From Callorhinchus milii (taxonomy: Eukaryota): 64,000 bases of DNA. The translations under genes and the position numbers were made by a program. The stretch's first letter is position 1. Every line of letters begins with the position of its first letter. Shown here piece by piece: positions 1-12,241 of this stretch. The notes under the pieces were generated by a model. That model was not told the DNA's origin. It searched no databases and worked only from the letters and a program-made list of their open reading frames with translations. Location of the stretch: NCBI RefSeq assembly GCF_018977255.1, contig NW_024704743.1, positions 34,722,001 through 34,786,000 of the forward strand, given 5' to 3'.

Positions 1-151
1 AGCAACAACGTGACAGGACAAAGTTGTGACATCTGAATGCCTACAATAAGTTGGGCTGTAGAATTATAGAACTCACAACCTACTATCCCCCTACTTACCT
101 GCCCGTACCCTCTGTTCCTCTGGCTCCGGTCTGCTGCACATCCCCCGCCCT

Positions 152-1077
152 ACAGCCTGCCTGTCCGACATTGATTCCTGGACGAGAGACAACTTTCTTC
201 AGCTCAACGTGCGTAAAAAGGAGGCCCTCCTGATTGGCTCGCGTTAGCGCCTCCACACCTCAGGCGCTGACAGCATCAGCATCCAAGGCTGCACTCTAAA
301 CCTCTCAAAGCCAGTCAGGAACCTCGGCGTTTTGTTCGACCCTGAGCTGTCCTTTCTTCCTCATATCCGCGCCACAACTGGCACCGCCTTCCATCACCTC
401 CAGAATGTCGCCAGACTACGGCACTACCTCACCCCTCACCCTGCTGAAACTCTGGTCCACGCCTTTATCACCTCAAGGCTGGACTATGGGAACTCTCTCC
501 TCGCCGGCCTTCCTGGCACCTCCTTCCACAAGTTGCAGGTCATTCAGAACTCTGCAGCTTGTGTACTGTCCTGCACCAGGCTTCGCGACCACATCACTCC
601 CACCCTCGCTCGCCTCCACTGACTCCCCATCCCCAGAGGATCGAATTCAAGATCCTCATCCTCACCTAAAAGGCCATTCACGGCCTTGCTCCCTCCTACC
701 TCTCCGACCTACTATCCCCCTACCTACCTGCCCGTACCCTCCGTTCCTCTGGCTCCGGTCTGCTCCACATCCCCCGCCCCAACCGCCTTACCATCGGTGG
801 CCGGGCTTTCAGCCTCTCAGCCCCTAGGCTCTGGAACTCCAACCCCCAGTGCCTTCGCCGCTTCCTCCCTTTCCTCCTTCAAGGCCGATCTCAAGACCTT
901 TCTCTTCGACCGTGCCTTCAGCTCCCCTCTCGACTCTCTACCCCCTTCTCGCTCCCTCCCTTCCCTCACCCTGACCATTTCCCCTCAATGCTCGGGTCCC
1001 GACCCAATTGTCCAGAGCCTTGGGACGTCCTCCCGACGTGAAAGGTGCTCTATAAATGAAATCTTGTTGTTGTTGAT
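152..1077 (+). mobile_element. L2-clade LINE, 5'-truncated (RT C-terminal region, 3'UTR, (TTG)n tail)
   Basis: Encodes [11 protein letters not shown]...[12 protein letters not shown]...LQVIQNSAA; near-identical to 25526-26512(-); ends in stem-loop gggacgtcctcccgacgtg and ttgttgttgttg; has stops and frameshifts. Confidence 0.92.
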
Positions 1078-2999
1078 GTGACTCCCATTATAGCCCATGA
1101 TTCCCTATTGAGTATATTTCTGGTCTCGGGGTGAGGGTAAATACCACATGAGTCAGTATTGCTTGTCCTCACTTACCTTCAATGTTAAAATCAATATTGA
1201 CCAGTGATAGAGGACACTATCTACTTGCCCTCTGCTGAGGAATGAAACTTGGCCCAGACAGACTTGAGGAGGAAGAAAATTACATTTCTAAAAGTGACAT
1301 TGAAAATTATCTTGCTACAAGTGTTGTTTAAAACCCCAGAAGAGCTGTGCATCTGAATGAATAAGACAAGTATGTGCAGGAGCATTTTGTTCAGATTTAG
1401 TGTGATAAATAGAAGAAAAGTAATTATTAATAATAATAATATTTGTATTTGATATGATGCCTTATCACGTCATTGAGACATTTCAAAGCGCTTCACCAAA
1501 TATATTGTAAAGTGGATTGACTGTGTATTTTGTGGGCGAATCGCGACAGCAATTTGCACACAGCATAATAATAATTATTTTTTGAGGGGTTATTTCAAAG
1601 CAGCAAACCCAAACAGCACTTCCATGATTTTGATTTTCACCTCTATTCCCCAGTCCTGCTCTATATTGGCTGAGGTTTCAGTCCAAATTTTCTGCTAAAC
1701 ATATACAGCTTGAGTTTGTTTTTAGTTGCCGTCTCATTCAGTTGACTCAATGGCCCAGACTCTCCTTTTGCTTTAAAACCCAAAGCTTTGTCTTGCCCTG
1801 CGTGAGTGAATGAATCACAAACCTCCATTGGTTAGTTAGAGACCTCTCCTAGTACAGAGCGTGACGTGGAAACTCAGCTGAAGTTCAGGAGCATGGTTTT
1901 ATCTACCATCGAGGGAAAATAAATTTTGAGGGAGCATACAGCTTTACAGCCCTGGCATATGTCAGATGCTTTTTGCTCTGAGGATACTGCTCTGGTTCAG
2001 TTTAAGGCCATAAACTAACCCAAAAAAGAAAGGATGCATCTGTCGAGGCACAAAGAACATCTGCCTGCATCCCCAGCAGTCAGGTCATAACCTCCGCATC
2101 CACGAAAACCCTCAAACTGACCAATACACCTCGAACACTGCCAGGATCCCATAAAATAACTATGGAATGTCCCACTGCTAAAAATTAGTTTAATTCTGTT
2201 TTCAATTTCAATTTGCACGTATAATTCCAGCTGTTTAATAAATAGTAAAGGTGACAGCAGCATGTATTAGGGCAGGATAAAGAGCAATGGGTATTCCTGG
2301 TGGAGTTACAGACTATATAGTTTTCTACTTTGATATTTGTGTATGTATAAACCGAAAGAGAGAGCCCAGTGATTTATCCCCTGACCATCTGCTATCTTGT
2401 ATAACATTTACAATGTATTATTTTCCCCTTTTTTTGTTAGGGTAAGTAAGTGCCAAGGGGCAGGTGAGGAGGCCAATGGCCATGAAGTTATAACCCCAGA
2501 GATCAACATACATGTTTAGGCAGAGTCTGCAGAACCATAGGATTTTCTACTAATTCCACTACATTTTCCACAAAAATGTACCAAATTTTAACAACAAGCT
2601 TGTGTTATTCTCCGCGATGGTTAGTGTTATCGCCTTTTAGCATTGCATGCTTAAATGTAAAAACTTCTCACCTTAGAACGACAAACTTAAGAATTTGAGA
2701 ATAACCCCCTTAATAGATTCTATCATAATAATCCTTACATTTGATAGAGCGCTTATCACACCGTCGAGACATCTCAAAGTGTTTTAATTATAATACTTAC
2801 ATAATATAATAATACTTAATTGTTATTATTATTACACTTTACTGAATGTTTTTTTGTGGGATATTGATGTGCACAATTTGGCTGCCTCATTCACCTACAA
2901 ATACATAATCACAACATTTCACAGTAAAATCCTGTGATGCGTCTGGACGATGTGATCAGGTTTACCGCACATGCAAAGAGTTTAATTATTATTACCCAC

Positions 3000-3280
3000 T
3001 CCATGTATCACAGCATCAACTGTTTTTTAAGTAAGTTCATTGCTTTGGATTCAACCATCTTTCCTGGTAACCTGTTCCAATCCATGTAAAGAAATATATC
3101 CTGGTATTTGTCCTAAAATCACCTTTTGCTCTGTGTCTTTTTGTTCTGCTATCTTGATGCACCTGAAAGAATTGTTTGGGTTTAATGTTTCAGTCTCATA
3201 TAAACTGTTGTTTATATCTACAGATCCCCTCTGAGATGTCTCATTTCAAGAATGAAGATCCCAAGTTTGTCTAATCCTCA
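3000..3280 (-). mobile_element. Old CR1-like LINE 3' fragment
   Basis: Degenerate similarity to the CR1-like remnants at 41720-42175 and 53270-53930. Confidence 0.45.
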
Positions 3281-4836
3281 CAGTATTATTTATTGCTGTT
3301 GATAATTGACTGCTGTCCCATTCCTTGCACTATTCCCTCTATAAAGAAAAGGTAATTTATTCACTGCCAATCTGCAGGAGTGGCCAGCCACAGTGAAAAT
3401 CGTCCAACTTCCTTTATAGTGGTCTATGGTAACACGCATTTCTCTGGAGAAGCATATTTTGTTAGAGAAAAACGCTCTTGTTATCATTTCAAACTATTGT
3501 TTGACAAACAGAAAGTAACAATAGCAGGAATCTATTGTGCTGGTGCGAACAGTCTGCTGCTGTTGGTTTCTTTGCTTATTCACAAATCAAATGCCTTTGT
3601 TATTGTCCTCTTTAGACTGCAGCAAGGATCATGAATTGCAGACTTTGCCTTCTGTTCTTCAGATTCTCCCTGTCACAATTTTCAGGCTGGAATGCGCATT
3701 CAGGCTTTGAAATCAGCATTGCACCTCTTGGTAGGTTTACCATAGAACTGGGCTCACAAGATCAGTTATGAAGAGAATATATAAAATAATAATCCCTTCA
3801 TTTGATATAGCACCTTTCACATCAAGAAGATGTCTCAAAGCGCTTCACCGCATATATTGTAAAGTGTAGTGACTGTATTCAACAACACATTTTATTTATA
3901 AAGCATTTTTCACGTCAGGAGGACGACCCAAGTGACTGTATATTTTGTAGGCAGATGCAGCAACCAATTTGTGCATAGCAGTGTCCCACAAACAGCTATG
4001 AGATGAATGACCCAGTTTTATTTGGGGTTTGTTTGCCAGGCCACCAGGGGTAACTCCCTTTTCTTTTTGAACACAATAAACCCCTGGCTTCCAACTATCA
4101 AGAATTCATACCTTACGCAAATTTCAAAAAAAAATGCAGACTTACGCATGTGTAGATTCCTGCCAGCCATTCTTCTATCTCATGCCCCCACCTCACCGAG
4201 CTTGCTGGCCTTCACTGACCAGGGATATCGACTTCCACTCAGTTTGAATCCCTCGAGCAGAACCTAGCTTATTCGCCATTGTGTTGCAGGATTCAAACAA
4301 TTACGTTGCCGGTACCGGTATTTTGAAACTGGCATTGCAATTAAATTTAGCCAGAAATTCCTGCTCACTGGACCTGATCTTCCCCCCTCCCCCCTTGATT
4401 TGGCTAGCAAGGTTTAATGGGATCTTTAATATCCACTTGAACACACAGATGGGAGCTTATTTTAATGTCCATATGTTATTGAGCTCATTTAATTTTCTTG
4501 TCCATAATAAGGGATTCTAACTTCACAGCTGATGAGTTCCAGCTTTAAGCAATCTATGTGTAATTTATGAAGTGAGGTGTGTATAACTATATATGTATTT
4601 TTGTTGATTGCATTCACAAAGGTCCCATCTGTCTGTCCAGGGGTTTGATAAAAATCCCCTTGAGAATTGAGATCAGAAGTCACTGTGTTTAGAATCACAG
4701 GTCTCCCCTCCAGAATGCAGTTGACTTCTTTTTTATCCTCGTGTCCTGGCCAAGAATCCCCCAAATAAAATTGGTGTGCTAATGATGACCTAATAGGTGA
4801 GGGCACGAACCAGACGAGGCCATGCAGACTGCAATA

Positions 4837-5155
4837 TAATAATAATAATAATCCTTGCATTTGATATAGCGCTTTTCACGTCGGGAGGACGTCCCAAAGC
4901 GCTTCACAGAACACACTGTAAAGTGAATTGACTGTATATTTGTGGGCGAACGCGGCAGCCAATTGCGCACAACAATGTCCCACAAACAGTCGTAGATTGA
5001 AAATGACCAATTTTTATTATTGTTTTTGATTTTGGAGGGATTATTATTAGGCGTGTGGAGTAAGGAAACTTGCCCAAGGTTTCGCCCTGCCTGGTATTGA
5101 ACTCAGGTCTCTCGCTTGCAAAGCGAGTGCTCTAACCACTGAGCTACACGACTCC
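4837..5155 (-). mobile_element. Full-length tRNA(Ala-like)-derived SINE with L2-type 3' tail
   Basis: Minus strand: A box TAGCTCAGTGG, anticodon arm ctcgc-tttgcaa-gcgag, B box GAGTTCAA, central ccttgggcaagt motif, 3' stem-loop, (TTA)n tail. Confidence 0.9.
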
Positions 5156-5583
5156 ACAAGGTTTAATATTGAATTGCAGTCTGCACTCAGTTAACCAATA
5201 TCAGCTGTGTCAGCGGGTAGCTGCTGTAATTGGGCTCTGGGTTAGAGACGGGGAAAAATATCAGCCTGTGGATTGCTCTCCAGAGAGCCCTGCCTTGATG
5301 CTGAGGCCTTGTGTGGTCGAACAGCTTGGTAACATTCACTGTGCAGGCTGGCAAATTAAAAATGGCCACTTGGGGGAGGTAACAAAGGGCAATTTGTGCC
5401 ATGGAGCTCAGTTGAAGGAAAAAAGGAGTCAAATGCATTCTGGAGGGGAGACCTGTGATTCTAAACACAATGACTTCTGATTTCTGGGAGGCTGTTAGTC
5501 TGAGATTCGGTTCCCACTTTTGTCCCTTTTTTTAGATCAGTGACAACCTTTTTTAGGTTATAAAGTTACTAACATGCAATGTT

Positions 5584-5918
5584 AGTCCTGTAGTGTATTG
5601 GTTAAGAGCACTTACCTCGCAAGCGAGAGGATCAGATTTTGATTCCCAGGCAGGGCAAAGTTTCCTTACTCCACCCGCCTGTGTTTACCTAGCAATAAGT
5701 AGGCACCCGGTTGTTGGTCAATTGGTGGATCACTTTCCAGGGTAATAATCCATTTTAAAAAATGTGGGCACTTAATCTTTGTGGGACACTGCTGTGTGCA
5801 ATTGGCTGCCACGTATCACTCTCAAAATATGCTTTACAATATATTCTGTGAAGCACTTTGAGACGTCTCAACGATGTGATAGGAACGCTATATCAAGTGC
5901 AAGGATTATTATTATTAT
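5584..5918 (+). mobile_element. tRNA-derived SINE, same family (older copy with longer central domain)
   Basis: agtcctgtagtgtattggttaagagcac... to gcaaggattattattatt; contains gtttacctagcaataagtagg. Confidence 0.85.
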
Positions 5919-6416
5919 GTTAAGGGAGCTAAGAACTATCTCAACAAGGAGTAAGTAAGGACACAATATTCTGACTGCATTTTCTCTATGTGTGGGTTGT
6001 GCATTTACCTAAACTCCACAGGAAAAAGGTTCCCATTGAAATATCACTTGTCAGACACCACTGTGATGAGGTGACCTTGCAGGAATTCTTAGTGTGAATG
6101 AAAATGCCTTCAGCAGTCTCCGTACCTGGTGGCTAACACAGCTGGTCGCCTGACAAGCTAACAGAGCACATGCGATGAAAGGGAATCAAACAAATGCGGA
6201 TTATCTGGAAGACATAATAGGCAACCAGAGAAAGAAAAGTGTTCCTGGTAGCGTAGTACAGCAGATGAAGAACTGCAACAGCAACATAGATTTAGAATCA
6301 CTCTTTATCCCTGTCGTACAGCAAAAAAGACAATGTAGGGATTGACAACAAGGCTGGAAGTCAGTGACTATATGACCAGGAGAGCTAGAAAGGATCCAGC
6401 TAACCTATTTCTTTCT

Positions 6417-6726
6417 TAATAATAATAATCCTTGCATTTGATGTCGCGCTTTTCACGTCTTCTAGACATCTCAAAGCGCTTCACAGAATAGACTGTAAAG
6501 TGAATTGACTGTATATTTGTGGGCGAGACACAGCAGCCAATTGTGCACGACAGTGTCCCACAAACAGTCGTGGATTGAAATGACCAATTTATTATTGTTT
6601 TTTTTGATGGATTATTATTAGGCGTGTGGAGCAAGGAAACTTGCCCAAAGTTTCACCCTGCCGGGAATCGAACTCAGGTCTCTTGCTTGCAAAGCGAGTG
6701 CTCTAACCACTGAGCTACAGGACTCC
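6417..6726 (-). mobile_element. Full-length tRNA-derived SINE
   Basis: Close copy of 4837-5155 with head, central domain and (TTA)n tail. Confidence 0.9.
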
Positions 6727-7711
6727 ACGATCACTGGTCCCTCATTTAATGGAACTGAATGCAAGGACAGGAGAGATTTGTGTGGCAAGTGAGGTTGGCA
6801 GACTCAGCTCATCATTAATGTAGGTGTCAATAGATATCCAAACAAGGCAAGGGTTGGATCTCAAAATGTAGCTAAAATATACAGATTATTTAGTTTGTGG
6901 ACATTTCAGAACAATTCATCTTCTATTTCTGCGCCCCTGCTTCTCCCCTCTTCTCTTATAAGGATGGTGACATATGGTGGGGTACAGTTCTATGGGGCCT
7001 TGTAGAAGAGCTGCATAACATGAAAGCAGCAGGCAGAAGGGAAATGCACATGAATATGAAGCTGTAGTCTGGTCATCTGTAAGTGGCTATCCATGGCAAG
7101 GAGGCAGAAGTCATGCTATCTTTTTAACTTGAAAAGAAAGAAGGGGAATTCTACCACAGTTGGTGGTTGGATTTCAATAGTACCATTAAGGAGGAGCTGG
7201 ACTGAATAGGTGTTTTGCAAATGCTTTATGCAAAATGATAGCCAAATGCTGCAAATTCTGTTCTGATGTTGCGGCTGAGCATTTTAATGATGTTAATCTC
7301 CCTGAGGGATAAATGCCAAGTAGAACAAACATGATCAAGGGATCGATCTTCAATAACAACTCAACAGGTATGTCACAAGCTGCCTGCGTGTCATCTCCAC
7401 TCTGCAAACAACTTTTCAACCTTGAAATATGCAAGATAGCAATTTGATTGTTAATATCCTAGTGGTTTAAAGTATTACCTAGCATAAAGGTTGGGGCAAG
7501 ATTCCAAGGGAGGCCTTTAAAGCTTTAGTTCAGTTCTCTCGAGTGGTTTAGTTGTTAAAGCCATGGTCTCATGTGAAACAGAATTAGCCTCATAAGGTCT
7601 CAGGTTAGATCTTGGTCCATGCTGAGTTCCATGTTCTCAGATGAGCAACACCAGGAGCACTATGATGCTGCTTGAGTTAAGAAGAGAGAAAGTAATCAGT
7701 CCCTCATTCGT

Positions 7712-8020
7712 GAGACATGAAATTTCACCTAGCCTTAGCCTGTGAAATAAATTAGATTTTGTTTAATTTAAGACTGCGCAGCATTGTGGAAAATTGTTTA
7801 TTTCAGCCTTATTTTGAAAGCCGATTTTCTTATATAAAAAAACTTTTAAATGAAGACTGAATTTAAGAGTTTTCCACAGTTCTGCACATCTTACAGTTCC
7901 TGTCTCTGAAGCTCTCCAAAGCTTTGCTTTATGTGAAAGGCGCAATATAAAGGCAAGTAGTTGTTCTATTTTAACACAAAATGGTCTCACAGACTATGAT
8001 TAAGTGAAATTTCAGGTCTT
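7712..8020. mobile_element. Non-autonomous DNA transposon (MITE) with ~34-bp imperfect TIRs
   Basis: gagacatgaaatttcacctagccttagcctgtga (7712-7745) is inverted relative to tcacagactatgattaagtgaaatttcaggtctt (7987-8020); interrupts an old SINE. Confidence 0.65.
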
Positions 8021-8959
8021 TGATCACTATTCAGTGGCTCCTGCTGGAAGGTGCAGATTGGAAGCCCAGCTGTCCCTTCCTAGCCCAGGGTCAGTAAGTC
8101 AATTGTAGTACCCCTAACCACCGCCCCAGAAAACAGCTCACTCACCACAGATTGGAAATCAAACCAATGACCCTATAGATCGGCACAGGGCAGTGCTATA
8201 TCAGGCAGTGACTTTATGCTTTGGATCATCAGAGGAGCCTGAAGACTGTCATTTAAGATCAATGCTGATTGATGTCCAGCTCCTGGCAACCTATCTAGCT
8301 TCCTAAAGTATATGATGTTTGGTATAAAGCTCAATGGACTCATTACTTTGATGATACTGCTGTCTTCACTTGTCTGTTTCCAGTGACCTGACCTTGATAA
8401 TGCTGCATCATCCATTGTGCACACTGAGGTTTGTTGAGCAAAACAACTTGAATCAATAGCCCTGTTATTTGCAGTGAGACTGTCAGAAAGGTTACATTTT
8501 CTTCACAGCACACTAGTGTCTATTACTGGAAATGAGTGAGAGTTGGCAGGTCTGATGACGCTCTGTGGGTGAATGTCACAAACTGCCACTTCAGCAGTAA
8601 ATGCTCTGTGTGAGAAATTTGTCAATGTTATTTTATTAGGAATATTCTAATAGAAATGAGTGTTGCAAAGACACAAACATGTTCATGAAATTGCAACTCC
8701 TTCTGTATTTATGACAATTTTCTATCATAATCAGCAAAGAATTATCAGTGAAATTATGCATTAAACCTGTTGTGACATTTTAAAATTTGAATACAATTTG
8801 CAGTGTTTCTTAACCCATTCCTTGTGCTAAATAACACAAGGAATGAATAAAAAAACTCCTGCAGATTACCCCACAGAACTCTCCACCATAGAATTTCATC
8901 TGGAAAAGATAAGTCAATCATTTTTCCTCCTTTGATTTCCAGCTGCATTTCATTTTGAA

Positions 8960-9300
8960 ATCCTGTATTGTAAGAGAACTCGCCTCTCAAGTGAAAGGAC
9001 CAGGGTTTGATTCCCAGACAAGATGAAACCTTAGGCAAGTTTCTTTATTCCTCTGTTTACCTAGCAGTAAGTAGGAACCGGTTGTTAATCAATTGGCAGA
9101 TCGCTCTACAGGGCAATAATCCTTTAAAAAAAATTGATCACTCAACCCACAACTGTTTGTGAGTCAATTTTGTGTGCAATTGGCTGCTGTGTTTCGCCCA
9201 CAAAATATACAGTCAATTCATTTTACAGTATATTCCATGAAGCGCATTGAGACATCTCAACAACGTGATGAGGCGCTATATAAAATGCAAGGATTTTTTT
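8960..9300 (+). mobile_element. tRNA-derived SINE (older copy)
   Basis: ctcgcctctcaagtga...ccttaggcaagttt...gtgaagcgc-like stem-loop and gcaaggatt tail. Confidence 0.8.
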
Positions 9301-10610
9301 TTTTTAAAATAAAAACTTGACAAAACTTCCTGGGGAGCAACACCAAGAGATTAGGAAGAAATCAGACACCCCTTCTATTCCCAACCTTTCCCCATTCCTT
9401 TCCAGGCTGGAGGAGGGTGCGTGATGAAAACAACCAGTCTGGAAAGTGCAGAAAAATGGGTAGGGAATAAAAAGGACAGGGTTTCAGGGCTTTGTATAAG
9501 AGTATAGGCTTTGATTGTTTACACTGTGTATTTGTTAGAGCACAACAGAAAGTGCTCCTTCATTTGTTCTCCATCCAGGCCTCCCCCATTGCTCTACAAA
9601 GATTAGTTGGCAGCAGGTGAGATCCATCTGGTCCACACTTTTAGATACGAACCAGATTTCTTCAAGCGCCCCATTAGCATCTGTGCATCTGGGAGAACAG
9701 TGTGACTACTCACAGGTCTACCGGTAACACTGTCCATAATTTCTTCAGAGTCACCACAAATTAGTAATCAGTGTACCTTATTACTCTGCCAGACCTTGTA
9801 ATGAGCTGTTCTACACCAGGATACCATGTTAACGGAAACTTTAATTAATAATTTTTGCAAGCTCTTTTGATGGCCTAGTGCGCAAAGAGGACGTATTGAG
9901 CCTTTTTATTTGGTCAGTCCAGTGACTGACATACTTCTAAACCCAACACTGTGCTCAAGAGTCTCCAAAATAAATTATTAAAAGATCCACATATATTTGT
10001 TTTTAAGGCACTCTTTCCCAAAAGGAACACACCCTTCTTACATACTCCCAGAGAATTGAGGTGAGAATTGGCAAGAGCCAATTTGGAGAACCAGAGGTTC
10101 AGGGGTACTGCTAGTTTCACCAGTTAAAGTCACGCAGCCTACCATGGTACTGACAAGCTTCCTGTTTATCCACCTCGGACTGGTTTGCAGGGTTATCAGG
10201 AGCCAAATGGGAAGAATTCCAGCTCCTAGTGAACGACGTGGTAAGCCTAAAGCTTGGAGGTTTGAATCCAGGTCTATGGTAGTTAGGTGATGTCAGCAAT
10301 AATAGAATAATAACAATCCTTGCATTTAATATAGTGCCTTATGTCTTCAAGACATCTCAAAGCGCTTCACAAAGTATACTGTAAAGCAAATTGACTTTAT
10401 ATTTTGTGGGAAAAATGGCAGCAGTAAAGGCGTTGCTTTAGAAGGGGGAGGAATCAGCTAGGGTTTCTAATTTTTATGGTGATGCTTATTGGAGAGTGGA
10501 GTGTGGATGGTGGATGAAAGCAAGAATCATTACTGCTCGCATGTGGGTTAGGAATTGGAGGGTGACCAGAGCCTGGAGAACCATACCTTAAGACTAGTGA
10601 CTAGCTACTT

Positions 10611-11196
10611 GGGGGGAGGTGAGCACAGTCTCCTTGAGGCTGAGCTGACTCCAAGGTGACAGATTTGGCAGGGGAATATCAGTATCAAGTCAACCCTCTG
10701 TGGTGTTATCTGTAGTCCACTTCCCAAGTCAGGCAGTTCCACATTACTCCGAGGCACTGCTGATGAAGGACCAGCCAGCCTGGCTCATCGGCAGACCTTG
10801 GAGTGGCACTAGGATCAGGGATTCTCCCGTTCAGCTCCTGCCAAAACAAAGCTCTGACAGATAGGGTGGTCCCAACATTACAAGCAGCGGGATGCTTGCC
10901 AGACAGTGCTTTTAATGACAAGCTATGCAGTCTTAGCTGATTAAATCTAGCAGTACCCCATCCACACTCTGGGGTTCCCCAAGCCTTGGCTCTGACCAAC
11001 CTGTGATTAATACTCTCTAGATTTAGGAAAGCAGGTGCATCCCTCCCGGCGGGGAGTGTGCATTCCATTCTAGACACAGGAAAATTTCCATTTGAGTAGA
11101 TGACACCACATAGGTGGAACCCTCGGTCTGGTTTGGATACTCATAAGCAAAGTAATGAGTTTCCACATTTATGAGACACTCGGGTGACAAAAAAAA
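10611..11196 (+). repeat. Unclassified ~600-bp interspersed repeat, copy 1
   Basis: Colinear with 21438-22026, 35440-36345 and 52481-53012; G-rich 5' end and A-run 3' end. Confidence 0.8.
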
Positions 11197-12241
11197 CTCA
11201 GTATAAATCACAGCCTTCAGGAAAGGGGAAGGGGAGGAAATTGGTAAAAAGGATAGAAAACATTTGTATCAGCATTACATATCTGGGCATATTACCCTCC
11301 TGTTGCCTGAATAGTAATACAGCAATAATAATTCTTACTTTTTATATAGCACCTTTTCACTTCATTGAGACGTATCAAAGCGCTTCACAGAATATATTGT
11401 AAAGTGGATTGTCTGTGTATTTTGTGGGCAAAAACATCATAAATGGGGTGGGGAGTGATGTGTTGTGGGGAGTAGTGAGGTGAATTGCATTGGGAAATGT
11501 TGGAGGAAAAACTGCAGAACACAAAACTAGAATTGAGAACAGCTGGATCGAGGATTGTAAAAGAAAAACAGAGCGTCCAAGGATGGAACAGATTAAGAAA
11601 GGAACATGCCTGAGAGCAAGACAGGAATAAAGAGAGAGCACTTTGTAAAAGACTAAGCAGTTTCCAGCTAGCAAGATTATTTTGGAGGGTGGGAGGATTC
11701 TAGGAATGAATGGTAATGTTGCAAATAGTTCAAGCAGTGGCAAACAAAATACACAAAGCATCAAATATAGATCACCACTATATATATTATATATATATAG
11801 CTAGCCCCACGCTCATGATAAACTAGAAGATAGCATTTGGCAGAACAAGAAAATTATTTTTCATTGGTTTAAATTCAATTATTGCTTCAATTTGAACTGT
11901 TGCTCCATGTGGAACTATGAGACCACAATCTCAGCTCACAATCCAGTGCAGTAATGGGGAAGTGCCACATTCTCAGGGATGCCGTCCTTTGGATGAGATA
12001 GTTTCCTGCAAACCCAAGCACAACATGTATTCTTAATATGCTGATAAAATACACACAAACCCATCAAAAACAGTGTTGTTTTATCTCTTTGTCTCATCCT
12101 GTTCGTCTTATTTTACTCTATACAAAGCGTCCAATTTTTTTAGATCTGATGAAGGATCACAACAACAACAACAAATTACATTGGTATAGTGTCTTTCTTG
12201 TCGGGATGATGTCCCAAGGCACCGGACAGTTAAGGATTTGC

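Noticed and set aside
5080..5155. tRNA-Ala(TGC)-like genes (also near 6650-6726, 50085-50157, 52675-52750)
   Set aside because: They continue directly into SINE body sequence and have imperfect acceptor stems; these are SINE heads, not tRNA genes.
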